DNA of 64,000 nt from Candidatus Omnitrophota bacterium (GCA_043814605.1 JBDRJV010000037.1:99902-163901); one strand, 5' to 3'; positions 21,407-31,270 are shown, numbered from the stretch's first letter. Numbers and translations are program-made. Notes: generated from the sequence alone by a model not told the origin.

Positions 21407-22108
21407 ATGTATAGCAATAAAAGAAAATTTGCCCGTTTTGATTCTGTGATTGATGGGACTTTTCACCTTAATGAGACTAATACATCTGGGCAAATGATCA
21501 TGACAAATTTTAGCCGGGATGGTTTTAAAGCGTCATTAAATATGCCGATTGTGCCGGGAAAAATAATCCAATTTGAGATGCGATTTCCGGGAAATTTAAT
21601 GCCGATTTTTACTCAGGGTAAGGTTGTTTGGCTGCGTAATAAAAATAAAGATATGACCTATGGTTTTGATGTGGGTATTAAGTTATTAGAAATTGATTCA
21701 TTGCAAGCACAGCAAATCATGGAAAATAGTTTTAAAAACTGGCAATTTAAACAAATTGCTGATTATGCTTTATACCGTGGGTATTATGCTAAAAAATTTC
21801 CTGAGCAATATTTTAAGCTTACCTTCTTAATGCCCAGTTTATTTTTGATTTACATTATCCTGGGAGCAATTGTTTCCCTTTTTAATCATCAAATAGCATT
21901 AATTTATTCTTTGAACTTAACAATTTATGCCTTAGCTATTTTTTTATCAACGATCAGCCAGTTAATCAGCACCAACAAAGTAAGATTATTTCTAGGTAAA
22001 ATCAGATTAATTTTTCCTATTTGCCTGGAAAAAGTAGCAATGCATATTAGCTATGGGTTTTTTTTCCTCATAGGTATATTTTCAAAAAATCTGCCTAAAA
22101 ATAACTGA
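21407..22108 (+). CDS. PilZ-domain protein with C-terminal 4-TM region
   Basis: N-terminal RxxxR-like (KRKFARFDS) and DGxF motifs of PilZ. C-terminal hydrophobic helices. Confidence 0.55.
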   Translation: MYSNKRKFARFDSVIDGTFHLNETNTSGQMIMTNFSRDGFKASLNMPIVPGKIIQFEMRFPGNLMPIFTQGKVVWLRNKNKDMTYGFDVGIKLLEIDSLQAQQIMENSFKNWQFKQIADYALYRGYYAKKFPEQYFKLTFLMPSLFLIYIILGAIVSLFNHQIALIYSLNLTIYALAIFLSTISQLISTNKVRLFLGKIRLIFPICLEKVAMHISYGFFFLIGIFSKNLPKNN

Positions 22109-22342
22109 CCGCCATTATTAATCCTTATCCTGAGCAGGGAAATACCAAAGACACAAGATACAGACTGCAGAACCTGCAATTACGCTGCCGGATACCTATT
22201 TTGTTGTTAACTTAAGATATACTTTCAACAGATGTTCAGAAAAATATACATTAAAATTTTAGGATAACTTATTTTGTATTTTTGCTATTTTTTTAACTAG
22301 TTGAATTATAATATGTTATGTTATTTTTAAAAAACAGACATT

Positions 22343-22358
22343 TTGGCACAGAATATGC
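22343..22358 (+). promoter_or_regulatory. putative sigma54 (-24/-12) promoter TGGCAC-N5-ATGCT
   Basis: GG and GC doublets sit at the canonical spacing for RpoN promoters. Located ~100 nt upstream of the small ORF at 22459. Confidence 0.3.
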
Positions 22359-22458
22359 TAAAAAATAATCACGTAGTATCCTATCTACTTAATTTAATTT
22401 TTAAATTAAGCTGTAGATATAGGGAATACTGATAATTTAGGGGAAGGGGTTATTTACT

Positions 22459-22659
22459 GTGATTGATTATAACCGATATAAAGAGGAAGTTATTTATGCA
22501 GGGACTGATGAGTATCCAGTGCGTGTGGATACTCTGACGAACAAAGTTATTGAAGCTTATGTCCGGGGTAAATGGATCAGCACAAAGTATTATTCGATTT
22601 GGCAAGAGTATTATGATGCTCAGAAAACTGTGCGGGAAGAAAGAACTAAGCTTTTTTAA
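22459..22659 (+). CDS. small hypothetical protein (GTG start, strong GGGGAAGGGG RBS)
   Basis: The ORF is preceded by a purine-rich RBS and followed by a strong terminator. Confidence 0.35.
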   Translation: MIDYNRYKEEVIYAGTDEYPVRVDTLTNKVIEAYVRGKWISTKYYSIWQEYYDAQKTVREERTKLF

Positions 22660-22705
22660 TGAATTTTAATTTTAGGTATTATATACACATAAAATTGTGT
22701 ATTTT

Positions 22706-22746
22706 GGGATAGCGCGGTTACTCCGCAGAAGCTATCCTTTTTTTGT
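22706..22746 (+). terminator. rho-independent terminator (GGATAGC...GCTATCC + T-run)
   Basis: Perfect 7-bp stem with a nested GCGG/CCGC stem, followed by TTTTTTTT. Confidence 0.55.
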
Positions 22747-22793
22747 TTATTAAATAATAGAAAAATTTTAATAATTTTGCTATAATTTTATCA

Positions 22794-25748
22794 ATGAAAA
22801 AATGTGTTGCTTATACTGATATTAAATTAGTAAAATTTTTTTTGTTTTTTGACTTAATAGTTTTTATATTTATATTTAGTTCTAATATTTTTGCTCAAGA
22901 AACTTCTCCGGTTAAATTCACAATTTCGGACAAGATTTTAGGAGGAGGGGATTGGCAGGCAACGTGCCTTTTAAATAAATTAAAATTTAATGTTAACGAT
23001 GATTTAACGTTAACTATAAATCTCACCATAAATTCTCGCGAATTTTTAAAATATAGGGATAATTTAAAAGAATTAAAGCTTATTCTTTCGGCGGAACGGA
23101 TTTTTGATTCTCAAGGAAGGCCGCATTTAATAAATAATAATTTTATGTCTACGGTTCTAACGCCAAGCGGCATGCCAATAGAATCATTTTCTTGGACTGG
23201 GGCCGGGACTAAACAAACTATTTTTCCGAAAAGACATAACTTTACGGATATATGTTTATCGAAGTTAAAACACGAAATTGATTTTTCAAAAAATATTATA
23301 ACCCTGAAGTATGAAGTTAAGAAAAAAATCCCTTTCGATTTACCAGAAGGCTATTATCGGTTTCAATTAGATATTCGGGCTGCTTATGCTCAGGAAAATG
23401 ATCAGACAGTAGAAGATAGGTTAACATTGATTGGCCGATTGCGGCTTAAGCCTGAACAATATACACATATTCCTTTTCATGATCAATTGCCATTTTCTCA
23501 AAAAGCATACACATTACCGGTTTTTAGAGTAGGCAATCCAAAAGCGCCTAAAATGATTTGGTCTTTGTTTACGGATCAAATTTTTATGGGAACACAGGGG
23601 ATCATAGCTGAAGAAGATAAACTTTATTTTAAAATCAGCCCACGTCATAGTATTTCGGATCGTTTTATTATTCCTTTAAACAAAACACTAAATTTAGAAC
23701 CAGATTTTCCCACATTGTTTCTGGATCGCGCGCAAGTTTCTTTTGTTGAGCCGATTCTGCCTTTTTGTGTGCCGATACCTTTGGATTATAAAAGCGGTGA
23801 ATTTTCTGTTAAAATCTTGACCCCAAAGGGAAAACAGGAAGATTTAGGAAAAAGTTTTTTTAAACAAGAATCTTTGACCGGAGCAAGTTCGGGGACAGAC
23901 AAATACCAGTACTGTTTTAATCAATATGGTAAATATGAAATAGAGTTAACCGGTGGGATTAACGATATCTGGGGTAATAAATATCAAGGCGGAGGTAAGT
24001 ATTTTCTCTGGGTTGCGAACCGATTGAGTTTTGCCACGAGTGTGAAGCCCGGCGCACCTTTTGAAGTCGGAGATTCTTACCCTAGTTCTGTTTTTATTCA
24101 TCCCCCAGTTCCCGCTCAAGTTAAAATTGATTTAAGTCAATATATAAACTCAAATAAAGAAAATGTTGAAAATTGGCAACTAAAAGGACAAGCTAATCGT
24201 TTTGGATATTTTTGCACTAAGGAAAAAATAACTTTTAAAAATCCCGGAGAGTATTTTGTCCGGATAAGTGCGGATTATACAGACAGTCACGGAACTTTGT
24301 GGATTGGTAATCAGGTGGGCGCTTGTGTAATTGCTCCGATTAATTCAAAATTAATTGTACACGGTAAAAAATTTAAACGCCCTTTTGATTCTTTTAGTGT
24401 ACCTAAAGCTAGGTTTAATTTGCAGGATGAAGGCCGTTTTTATCAAGATGAACAGCTTGAACCGGAAACAATAGATCACACAAATTGTATTAATTTACCA
24501 TTACCTTATTACAGCGGAGACGTAATGTTTATTGCCAGCACTCCGGATAGTGCTAATGCTATTGATGCTACTCTTACTGCAGAGGTATCCGGAGAGGATT
24601 TAAAAACTCTTTTTGAAAATAATGCTTATAACTATGATTTTCCGGAAAAGATAAAACAGCAGTCATATTTTTTTGCCTCAGCGATTCGTCCCGGTATAGT
24701 AACCCGTACTTTTATTGCGGATTCGACGATGATTTTTCGAGACTCCTATTGGCCGACTTCTCCGGCTTTTAATACTTTTGGCAATCAATTTAACACTAGT
24801 TTATATGGTGATTATCCCCAGGATATATATCGTTTTATGGGAGGATTTGTTTATAAAAATTTAGAAGAAAATATTATAGATTATGGTATTTATGCCTCAA
24901 TGGCAATTATTCTGCCAAAAGGTTCTTATGCAAATCGCATAGTTGCTCCGTTAAGTGAGCCGTTAATTGAGGTTAATGGCCGGGAATTTTCTATTTTTGA
25001 AGCCGGAGCTCCGTCTCAAGGAGTAATTTATGAGACCGGGGATTTTTTGGGTATCGGAGGTATGGTCTTCCCCCCCATTGCGGATATAAATTGCACAAAA
25101 AAGATTATATATCCGGATGGCCAAGAAAAAATTTCACAAGGAATTAGTAATAAAATCGGAATTTTGAAAATGACTCCATCGGTTTTGGTTGCAGATCAGC
25201 CGGGAATTTATAAGATTCAGCAAAAATGCTGGCATAATGATAAAACCGGTGATGTGTTAGGAACTAGTGATGGAACCTATAATATTTATGTAGATGATCG
25301 AAACACAAAAAAATATTTTCATTTTAAAAATCCCCGGTATTTTTATTTTGATGCCAAAACAGGATTAGATATTAAAGCTGCAGTTTCGCGTGAGATCCAA
25401 AACCCTAAAATTACTTATAGCATTATAATGCCGGGATGTGTGATGGATGAAGGGACACTGCCGGTTGAAAATTATGCGTTTGGTTATAAATTTATGCCGC
25501 AGGAATTTAATATTCAATTTCCTAATTATGATTTTTATGATTTTCCAGATAAAAATACCCCGAGTTATGTAAGATTACCGGATCTTGATAAATTTAATCC
25601 CGAAAATATTAAACTTGTTGACTTAGTAATGATGACCTTTTTTTTAGAAGGTACGGATAAAAATACGCAGGAAAATATATATGATGTTTCAACAATAATG
25701 CTCAGAGGCAATAAAGTTTTTATTAAGGCATACAATAATGATTATTAA
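22794..25748 (+). CDS. large secreted hypothetical protein (984 aa, signal peptide)
   Basis: Hydrophobic N-terminus ending AQE. No recognisable catalytic motifs. Preceded by an extended -10 TGCTATAAT. Confidence 0.55.
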   Translation: MKKCVAYTDIKLVKFFLFFDLIVFIFIFSSNIFAQETSPVKFTISDKILGGGDWQATCLLNKLKFNVNDDLTLTINLTINSREFLKYRDNLKELKLILSAERIFDSQGRPHLINNNFMSTVLTPSGMPIESFSWTGAGTKQTIFPKRHNFTDICLSKLKHEIDFSKNIITLKYEVKKKIPFDLPEGYYRFQLDIRAAYAQENDQTVEDRLTLIGRLRLKPEQYTHIPFHDQLPFSQKAYTLPVFRVGNPKAPKMIWSLFTDQIFMGTQGIIAEEDKLYFKISPRHSISDRFIIPLNKTLNLEPDFPTLFLDRAQVSFVEPILPFCVPIPLDYKSGEFSVKILTPKGKQEDLGKSFFKQESLTGASSGTDKYQYCFNQYGKYEIELTGGINDIWGNKYQGGGKYFLWVANRLSFATSVKPGAPFEVGDSYPSSVFIHPPVPAQVKIDLSQYINSNKENVENWQLKGQANRFGYFCTKEKITFKNPGEYFVRISADYTDSHGTLWIGNQVGACVIAPINSKLIVHGKKFKRPFDSFSVPKARFNLQDEGRFYQDEQLEPETIDHTNCINLPLPYYSGDVMFIASTPDSANAIDATLTAEVSGEDLKTLFENNAYNYDFPEKIKQQSYFFASAIRPGIVTRTFIADSTMIFRDSYWPTSPAFNTFGNQFNTSLYGDYPQDIYRFMGGFVYKNLEENIIDYGIYASMAIILPKGSYANRIVAPLSEPLIEVNGREFSIFEAGAPSQGVIYETGDFLGIGGMVFPPIADINCTKKIIYPDGQEKISQGISNKIGILKMTPSVLVADQPGIYKIQQKCWHNDKTGDVLGTSDGTYNIYVDDRNTKKYFHFKNPRYFYFDAKTGLDIKAAVSREIQNPKITYSIIMPGCVMDEGTLPVENYAFGYKFMPQEFNIQFPNYDFYDFPDKNTPSYVRLPDLDKFNPENIKLVDLVMMTFFLEGTDKNTQENIYDVSTIMLRGNKVFIKAYNNDY

Positions 25749-26478
25749 TATTTTAAAATTTTTATATAAAATTATATTTACTTTTCATATGGCGTTGATT
25801 TTGTTTATTATTTTAGTTGTTTTGCTTGTTCCTAAAATGAAGTTTCAGTTTTCATTCTCATCAAATCATGATTTTATTAAACAAAATTGTTACAGTTGTC
25901 ATGATTTAAAGCGAATTTTTTACTTTCAAAAAACTAAAGAGCAATGGCATAATACTGTAAAAAGGATGCGGGATAAAACTGCCGCAGAAATACCTGAAGA
26001 GAAGCTTAAAAAAATAACAGAGTTATTAGCTGATAATTACGGAGTTGATCGAGAAAAATTATTTAAGCAATTGTGCATTAAATGCCATTCTCAGATTAAT
26101 AAAAAGGAACTTTTATATGTTAAGCAAACAAAAGAGGATTGGAAAAATGCAATAGAAAGAATGCGCTGGCGATTTAATTTTCTGATTGGAGCAGATCAGG
26201 CAAAAGAGATTTACAAATATTGGACGGATCTAAAAAATAATGCCAATTTAGAATTAGATGATAAAAATCAAGACCAAAACAAAATTGTTTTTGAAAAGAA
26301 GTGTCTGCGTTGTCATACATACAGGTTTATTAAAAATCCGCCGCGTTTAAAACAAGAGTGGGAAGGTATTTTCAGCCGGATGCGGCTTAAATATAGCAGT
26401 TGGATAACGCAAGAGGATAATCAAAGCATAAAAAGTTATATTTATAATAAAAAGAACAAATTTTTAATACAAAATTAA
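25738..26478 (+). CDS. membrane-anchored tri-heme c-type cytochrome (three tandem CxxCH repeats)
   Basis: CYSCHD, CIKCHS and CLRCHT each start a ~65-aa repeat with a conserved W...RMR pattern. N-terminal TM anchor. Overlaps the upstream ORF by 11 nt. Confidence 0.7.
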   Translation: MIINILKFLYKIIFTFHMALILFIILVVLLVPKMKFQFSFSSNHDFIKQNCYSCHDLKRIFYFQKTKEQWHNTVKRMRDKTAAEIPEEKLKKITELLADNYGVDREKLFKQLCIKCHSQINKKELLYVKQTKEDWKNAIERMRWRFNFLIGADQAKEIYKYWTDLKNNANLELDDKNQDQNKIVFEKKCLRCHTYRFIKNPPRLKQEWEGIFSRMRLKYSSWITQEDNQSIKSYIYNKKNKFLIQN

Positions 26479-26680
26479 AACTTTTCTAAATCAACCAGGG
26501 CAATCAAAAGGAAAACAGAGCCATGCCCAGAGAACGCATTACGCGAAGGCAGAAAAACTTACCTCGTTTATTAAGAGAGAAAAAACAAACTCAAAAAGAT
26601 AAAATAAAAAATTTAAAAATTAAATAATAAACTGATAACTAAAAATTTTTATAGATTAGGATTAAAAGTGAGAAAAATTA

Positions 26681-27373
26681 ATGAAACTTTCTATAATTGT
26701 ACCTGTATATAATGAAGGGCAAACTTTAAGAATATTATTGGATAATATAAAAAATATTGATTTAGGCGAAGTAGAAAAAGAAATAATTGTGATTGATGAT
26801 TGTTCTGAAGATAGTTCGCAAAAAATATTGTTAGAGGAAAATTCAAAACAGGTAACCAAATTTTTTCATTCTCACAATCAAGGCAAGGGGTTTGCCATAA
26901 GGCAGGGGATAAAGATTGCTAGAGGCGATTATGTTTTGTTTCAGGATGCCGATTTAGAATATAATCCGCAGGACTATATAAAGTTGATTCAGCCCATAAT
27001 TGATCAAAAAGCAAAAATTGTTTATGGATCGAGATTAAGTACCCAAAAAACAAAATTTAAACTGTTATATTTATTTGCTAATAAATTTCTTACTTTTTTA
27101 ACAAATTTAATCTATAAAAGTTCTCTGACCGATATGGAGACATGTTATAAACTTGTGCCTTTAAAAATACTCAGGGAAATAAATTTAAATGCAAATGGAT
27201 TTGAAATAGAAGCAGAAATTACCGCTAAAATATTGCGGCGGGGTTATGAGATAGTGGAAGTTCCCATCAACTATACTGCGCGCTCAAGGCGCCAGGGCAA
27301 AAAAATTAATTTTTTTGATGGGATAAAGACAATCCATATGCTGGTGAAGAGTAAATTTAAAAATATATCATGA
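26681..27373 (+). CDS. family 2 glycosyltransferase (polyprenol-phosphate sugar synthase-like)
   Basis: SIIVPVYNE...DDCSED...QDAD GT2 signature. Confidence 0.8.
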   Translation: MKLSIIVPVYNEGQTLRILLDNIKNIDLGEVEKEIIVIDDCSEDSSQKILLEENSKQVTKFFHSHNQGKGFAIRQGIKIARGDYVLFQDADLEYNPQDYIKLIQPIIDQKAKIVYGSRLSTQKTKFKLLYLFANKFLTFLTNLIYKSSLTDMETCYKLVPLKILREINLNANGFEIEAEITAKILRRGYEIVEVPINYTARSRRQGKKINFFDGIKTIHMLVKSKFKNIS

Positions 27374-27408
27374 AATTTTTGGGTAATTTGAAATATTTAG
27401 TAGAAAAA

Positions 27409-27438
27409 AATAAGAAACTAATAGTTTTCTTATTTTTT
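27409..27438 (+). terminator. rho-independent terminator downstream of GT2 gene
   Basis: TAAGAAAC / GTTTTCTTA stem followed by TTTTTTG. Confidence 0.4.
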
Positions 27439-27608
27439 GTGATATTTTTTTAATGAGTTTGAATATTTCGCAAGACTATAGCATTCCTTTGAAGTAATTC
27501 ATTAAAGCTATGCCAGGTAAAATTAAAAGCGGCATGAAATAAAAATAGAAAAAGTAGAAGATATAAGAATTTTTTTTTACTTTGAAAAATCATATAGACG
27601 CATATGTT

Positions 27609-28445
27609 TTACTCTGAGATATTCCTGTCCAGACTACGGTATTGGATTGCCTCGGATATATGATCGGGGGAAATATTTTCCATGCCGGACAAATCAGCAA
27701 TAGTCCTGGCCACCTTTAAAATCTTATCATATGCTCTGGCGGATAACCCCAGCTCATCAATGGCCATTTTTAAAAGGTTTTTTGATTCGTTATCAATATT
27801 ACAATACTTTTTAATTTGCTTATGAGACATATAAGCATTGGCAAAAATGTCGTCTTTTTTAAAACGCTTAAACTGAATCGTTCGTGTTTGATTAACACGT
27901 TTTCTGATTTGTTCTGAAGATTCAGTTATTGGCTCATCAATGAGTTGTTTATAATTGATCGGGGGCACTTCGATATGAATGTCAATCCTGTCTAATAATG
28001 GCCCGGATATTTTCGCACGGTATTGCTCAATACGGTAGGGCGTACACCGGCAAACTTTTGTCGGATGAGTAAAAAACCCGCACGGACAAGGATTCATAGC
28101 ACAAACCAGCATAAAACGGGCTGGAAAACTAACCGTTCGCGCGGCACGGGAAACAGTAACAAATCCGTCTTCCAATGGCTGCCTTAAGGCTTCCAGTACA
28201 TTACGGTTAAACTCAGGCAGTTCATCTAAAAAAAGAATTCCATGATGTGCTAAACTAACTTCTCCGGGCCGAGGATTTGAGCCGCCGCCAACTAACGCAA
28301 TATCACTGGTTGTATGGTGCGGAGCACGAAAAGGCCGGGTTCCGATTAGAGCCTGATTGGCTTTAAGTAATCCGTTAATACTATAAATTTTTGTGGTTTC
28401 CAGTGATTCATCCAAACTAAGCGCAGGAATAACTGTTGGGATTCT
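27609..28445 (-). pseudogene. comM: comM/yifB Mg-chelatase-like competence protein, C-terminal fragment (gene disrupted by insertion)
   Basis: Homology to ComM resumes at RIPTVIPALSLDE...HHTTSD. The fragment carries no Walker A. The N-terminal half lies 8 kb away at 36446-37146. Confidence 0.8.
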
Positions 28446-30058
28446 TTGTTTAACTCGTAATGATTTGATGATTCTATTTCTTTCTGATATTCTGCTAAAC
28501 ATAGTAAATCAAAATCTCCCTTTAGTTCTATGTCCCAACCTGTTGTTTCATTATAACCTAACACGATTTCATTGACAATAAGTCTTATGAGCTTATCTTT
28601 TTCCTCTTTAGAATTGAAATTATCTAAATTCTTACTCATTGCAATCAGTATCTTTTCTAATTCTTTAATTTTCAAAGAGAAATGTTGTTTATCTGATAGT
28701 CTAGTTTTTAAAATTTTAGTTTGCTTTTCAAATTCTAATTTCTTAACCCTATGTTCCTCTGAAAGTTCGTCTAACATTTTTTCACTAAATTTTCCAGAAG
28801 CATATTGGGTAAGTAGTCTTTTGATAGCATTATCACAAAAATTAATTTCCTTTTCCAATGATAAAATTTTGGTTTCTATTTCTAATTTATTAACAAAGCT
28901 GTTGTTTTCATGATGTGAAATAGCTGATTTGAGAGTATCTTTAGACTTCATCAATTGGCAAATAACAAACCAAACCTTATTAAATAGTAAATCCGCATTT
29001 ATTGGGGGTAAATCACATTTTTTGTTATCAGGGTGGTATTTAAACTCTTTTCTAATATATCGGTTATAACAAGCATAGCTTTTATGCCAATAGGATTTCT
29101 CGCCATATTTTTTCCTGTCAATCCAAGATATTCTGCCAATAACATGCTTACCACATCTGGAACATGTTAAAAGATTTTTTAATGGTATGAACTTATTGGG
29201 GATACTTCTTCTGTGTGTTGCTCTTCTGTTTTCTTTAAGCTTTCTCAAAAGTAAGTCCCTTTTTTGTTTTGTGATTAAAGAGGGAATAGAGACACCTGTA
29301 ATGCCATTTTTATCGTTATCTTTGCCAAGGTAGAAGGGATTATGGAATATTCCTAAAAGTGTATGGTTTTGCCAATGTAATATTCGTTTTCTTTGGAAAT
29401 TTTGACCCTCTCTAGCTGTGGGGATTCCTATCCTGTTTAGCTCCAAACAAATATCTCTTGCAGATTTACCTTCTAAATACCAATCAACCATTTTGTGATA
29501 TATTTTTGCCTTTTCCTCGTCTATCTCAAAACATCTACGTTTTCCTTTAGTAACTGTTTTATATCCATAAGGTAACATATGTCCTGTGAAATAGCCTTCT
29601 TTTTTGAGATTTCGCTTTGCTTTTACTCTTCTTTCAATATCCTCAGAAGTTTGTTTGCCTGTGACTGTTGAGTATATCCCTAACATCATTTTGTCGCTAC
29701 CATTTTCTAAATCATAAATTTTATTGCCAACAATTAGCTGGGTTATCTTTTTACCATAAAGCAAATGTTGAATAAATTCACCTCTTACAAATTCATTCCT
29801 ACTTAATCTTTCCATATTCCAATACGCTGGAATATCTCCCTCTTGTAGAGAGTCTAAAATATCAAGTAAATCAGGTCTATCTTTTAAAAATTTGGGCTCT
29901 GTGCTGGATTGAGTATATTTTTTGATAACAATTTCATAATTCCTAAAAGCTGGGATACTTTTTGCAAAGCTTATGATGTCATTCTCTTGAACTTCTATCC
30001 CTTGACCTTGTTCTTGTGGTTTGCTACTTATTCTAGTAACAGCAAATATTTTAGCCAT
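28346..30058 (-). CDS. large serine recombinase (integrase)
   Basis: N-terminal resolvase-type catalytic domain, then a recombinase domain, a zinc ribbon (CSRCGKHV) and a coiled coil. 570 aa. Strong RBS AAGGAGG. The last 33 codons lie left of the junction, in comM-derived DNA. Confidence 0.85.
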   Translation of the reverse strand: MAKIFAVTRISSKPQEQGQGIEVQENDIISFAKSIPAFRNYEIVIKKYTQSSTEPKFLKDRPDLLDILDSLQEGDIPAYWNMERLSRNEFVRGEFIQHLLYGKKITQLIVGNKIYDLENGSDKMMLGIYSTVTGKQTSEDIERRVKAKRNLKKEGYFTGHMLPYGYKTVTKGKRRCFEIDEEKAKIYHKMVDWYLEGKSARDICLELNRIGIPTAREGQNFQRKRILHWQNHTLLGIFHNPFYLGKDNDKNGITGVSIPSLITKQKRDLLLRKLKENRRATHRRSIPNKFIPLKNLLTCSRCGKHVIGRISWIDRKKYGEKSYWHKSYACYNRYIRKEFKYHPDNKKCDLPPINADLLFNKVWFVICQLMKSKDTLKSAISHHENNSFVNKLEIETKILSLEKEINFCDNAIKRLLTQYASGKFSEKMLDELSEEHRVKKLEFEKQTKILKTRLSDKQHFSLKIKELEKILIAMSKNLDNFNSKEEKDKLIRLIVNEIVLGYNETTGWDIELKGDFDLLCLAEYQKEIESSNHYELNKESQQLFLRLVWMNHWKPQKFIVLTDYLKPIRL

Positions 30059-30297
30059 TTAATACCTCCTTTTTAAACATAATGCTGAGAGGGGAGAGAT
30101 AAAGAGAGGGGAGAGTGACAAAGAATAATCGATTATATATCCGATGATAATATCCCACATAGTGATATCCTCTTACATCAGGTTACTAATACTTGATAAT
30201 CAGCCATTAGAGCTATGTTATTCAAATAGATAGGACAAAGTATATCCTTAAAACTAAAAACGCGATACTACCTTGATACAGCTTTAATTCTAGTAAT

Positions 30298-30705
30298 TTA
30301 ATCTTTATCTGTTGACTGTTTTGAATTAGATTTGAAAAATAGGCTTAAAAAGTCATGCATTCTAGACTTCCAACCATTTTTATTTAATGTGTTCACATCT
30401 TCAGCGGAATATTTATATAAACTATCTTCAGATGAGTATGCGGATATTAACCTCTGAGAATTATATTTACCCTTATACAGAGCCAAAAACGGAAACTCGT
30501 GTAACCATTTCAATGTTTTAGCAGATTGAGCAGTCTGGATATGAGTTTTGCTGAAGCTTTCTTCATTTAAATACCACTCTAGGACATCTTTAACATTCAA
30601 AAGTTTCTCTCTTTTTTTTTGTAAGGGTATAACACGCTTTAATTGCTCATCAATCTCGAAGATTTCCTGTTCTAATTTAACCAAAGATATGTTATTCAAA
30701 AGCAT
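30298..30705 (-). CDS. hypothetical protein (135 aa)
   Basis: ORF in an operon with two upstream small ORFs. No recognisable motifs. Confidence 0.4.
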   Translation of the reverse strand: MLLNNISLVKLEQEIFEIDEQLKRVIPLQKKREKLLNVKDVLEWYLNEESFSKTHIQTAQSAKTLKWLHEFPFLALYKGKYNSQRLISAYSSEDSLYKYSAEDVNTLNKNGWKSRMHDFLSLFFKSNSKQSTDKD

Positions 30706-30707
30706 AG

Positions 30708-31094
30708 TTACATCTCCATTTTTTCTATTTTTTTAATCGCAATTAACGATTTGTGATAATCTTTAATGCCTTTACGTTCATAACGTAGATGATTAGGTAA
30801 TGCTGAATCATCCATTTGAGCCACCATACGATTTACTTTATCGGTGTATTGATTGAGGTCGTTTTTTTGTCTCTCATAAGTTTTCTTATGATACTCTTTG
30901 CCTGTTTGGTCTTCGGTTTCAATATCCTTGATTGCACGAGCTTCCTCATTGACTACTGAAATTCTAATATCTTTGCCAAATTTATTCTCAAGCATTTCCT
31001 TAATCTTACTTTCAAAGTTACTATCAAGAACTTTCCTATCAGAAGTTTGCATGCCTAGAGTTACTATAAACTGAACTTCTTTTACTGGAATCAT
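30708..31094 (-). CDS. hypothetical protein (128 aa), highly charged
   Basis: ORF with an ATGA overlap to the upstream 59-aa ORF. No recognisable motifs. Confidence 0.4.
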   Translation of the reverse strand: MIPVKEVQFIVTLGMQTSDRKVLDSNFESKIKEMLENKFGKDIRISVVNEEARAIKDIETEDQTGKEYHKKTYERQKNDLNQYTDKVNRMVAQMDDSALPNHLRYERKGIKDYHKSLIAIKKIEKMEM

Positions 31095-31270
31095 TTTGTA
31101 TTTTCACCCCCTTTTATGTGTTTTTCCAACCACTTAACATAACTTACCCACTCATAAGCAAGAAGCTTCTCATATTCTTTTTTTCTGTAAAATTCTCTTG
31201 CTTCCGTAAATGAGGGAAGTTTTTTATAAAATTCTCTTTCAAGTTTATTTTTTAATTTTAACTTTCTCAT
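31091..31270 (-). CDS. small ORF (59 aa) missing from the ORF track, first gene of a 3-gene operon
   Basis: Hand translation gives MRKLKLKNKLEREFYKKLPSFTEAREFYRKKEYEKLLAYEWVSYVKWLEKHIKGGENTK. Its stop overlaps the next ATG. Confidence 0.3.
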   Translation of the reverse strand: MRKLKLKNKLEREFYKKLPSFTEAREFYRKKEYEKLLAYEWVSYVKWLEKHIKGGENTK

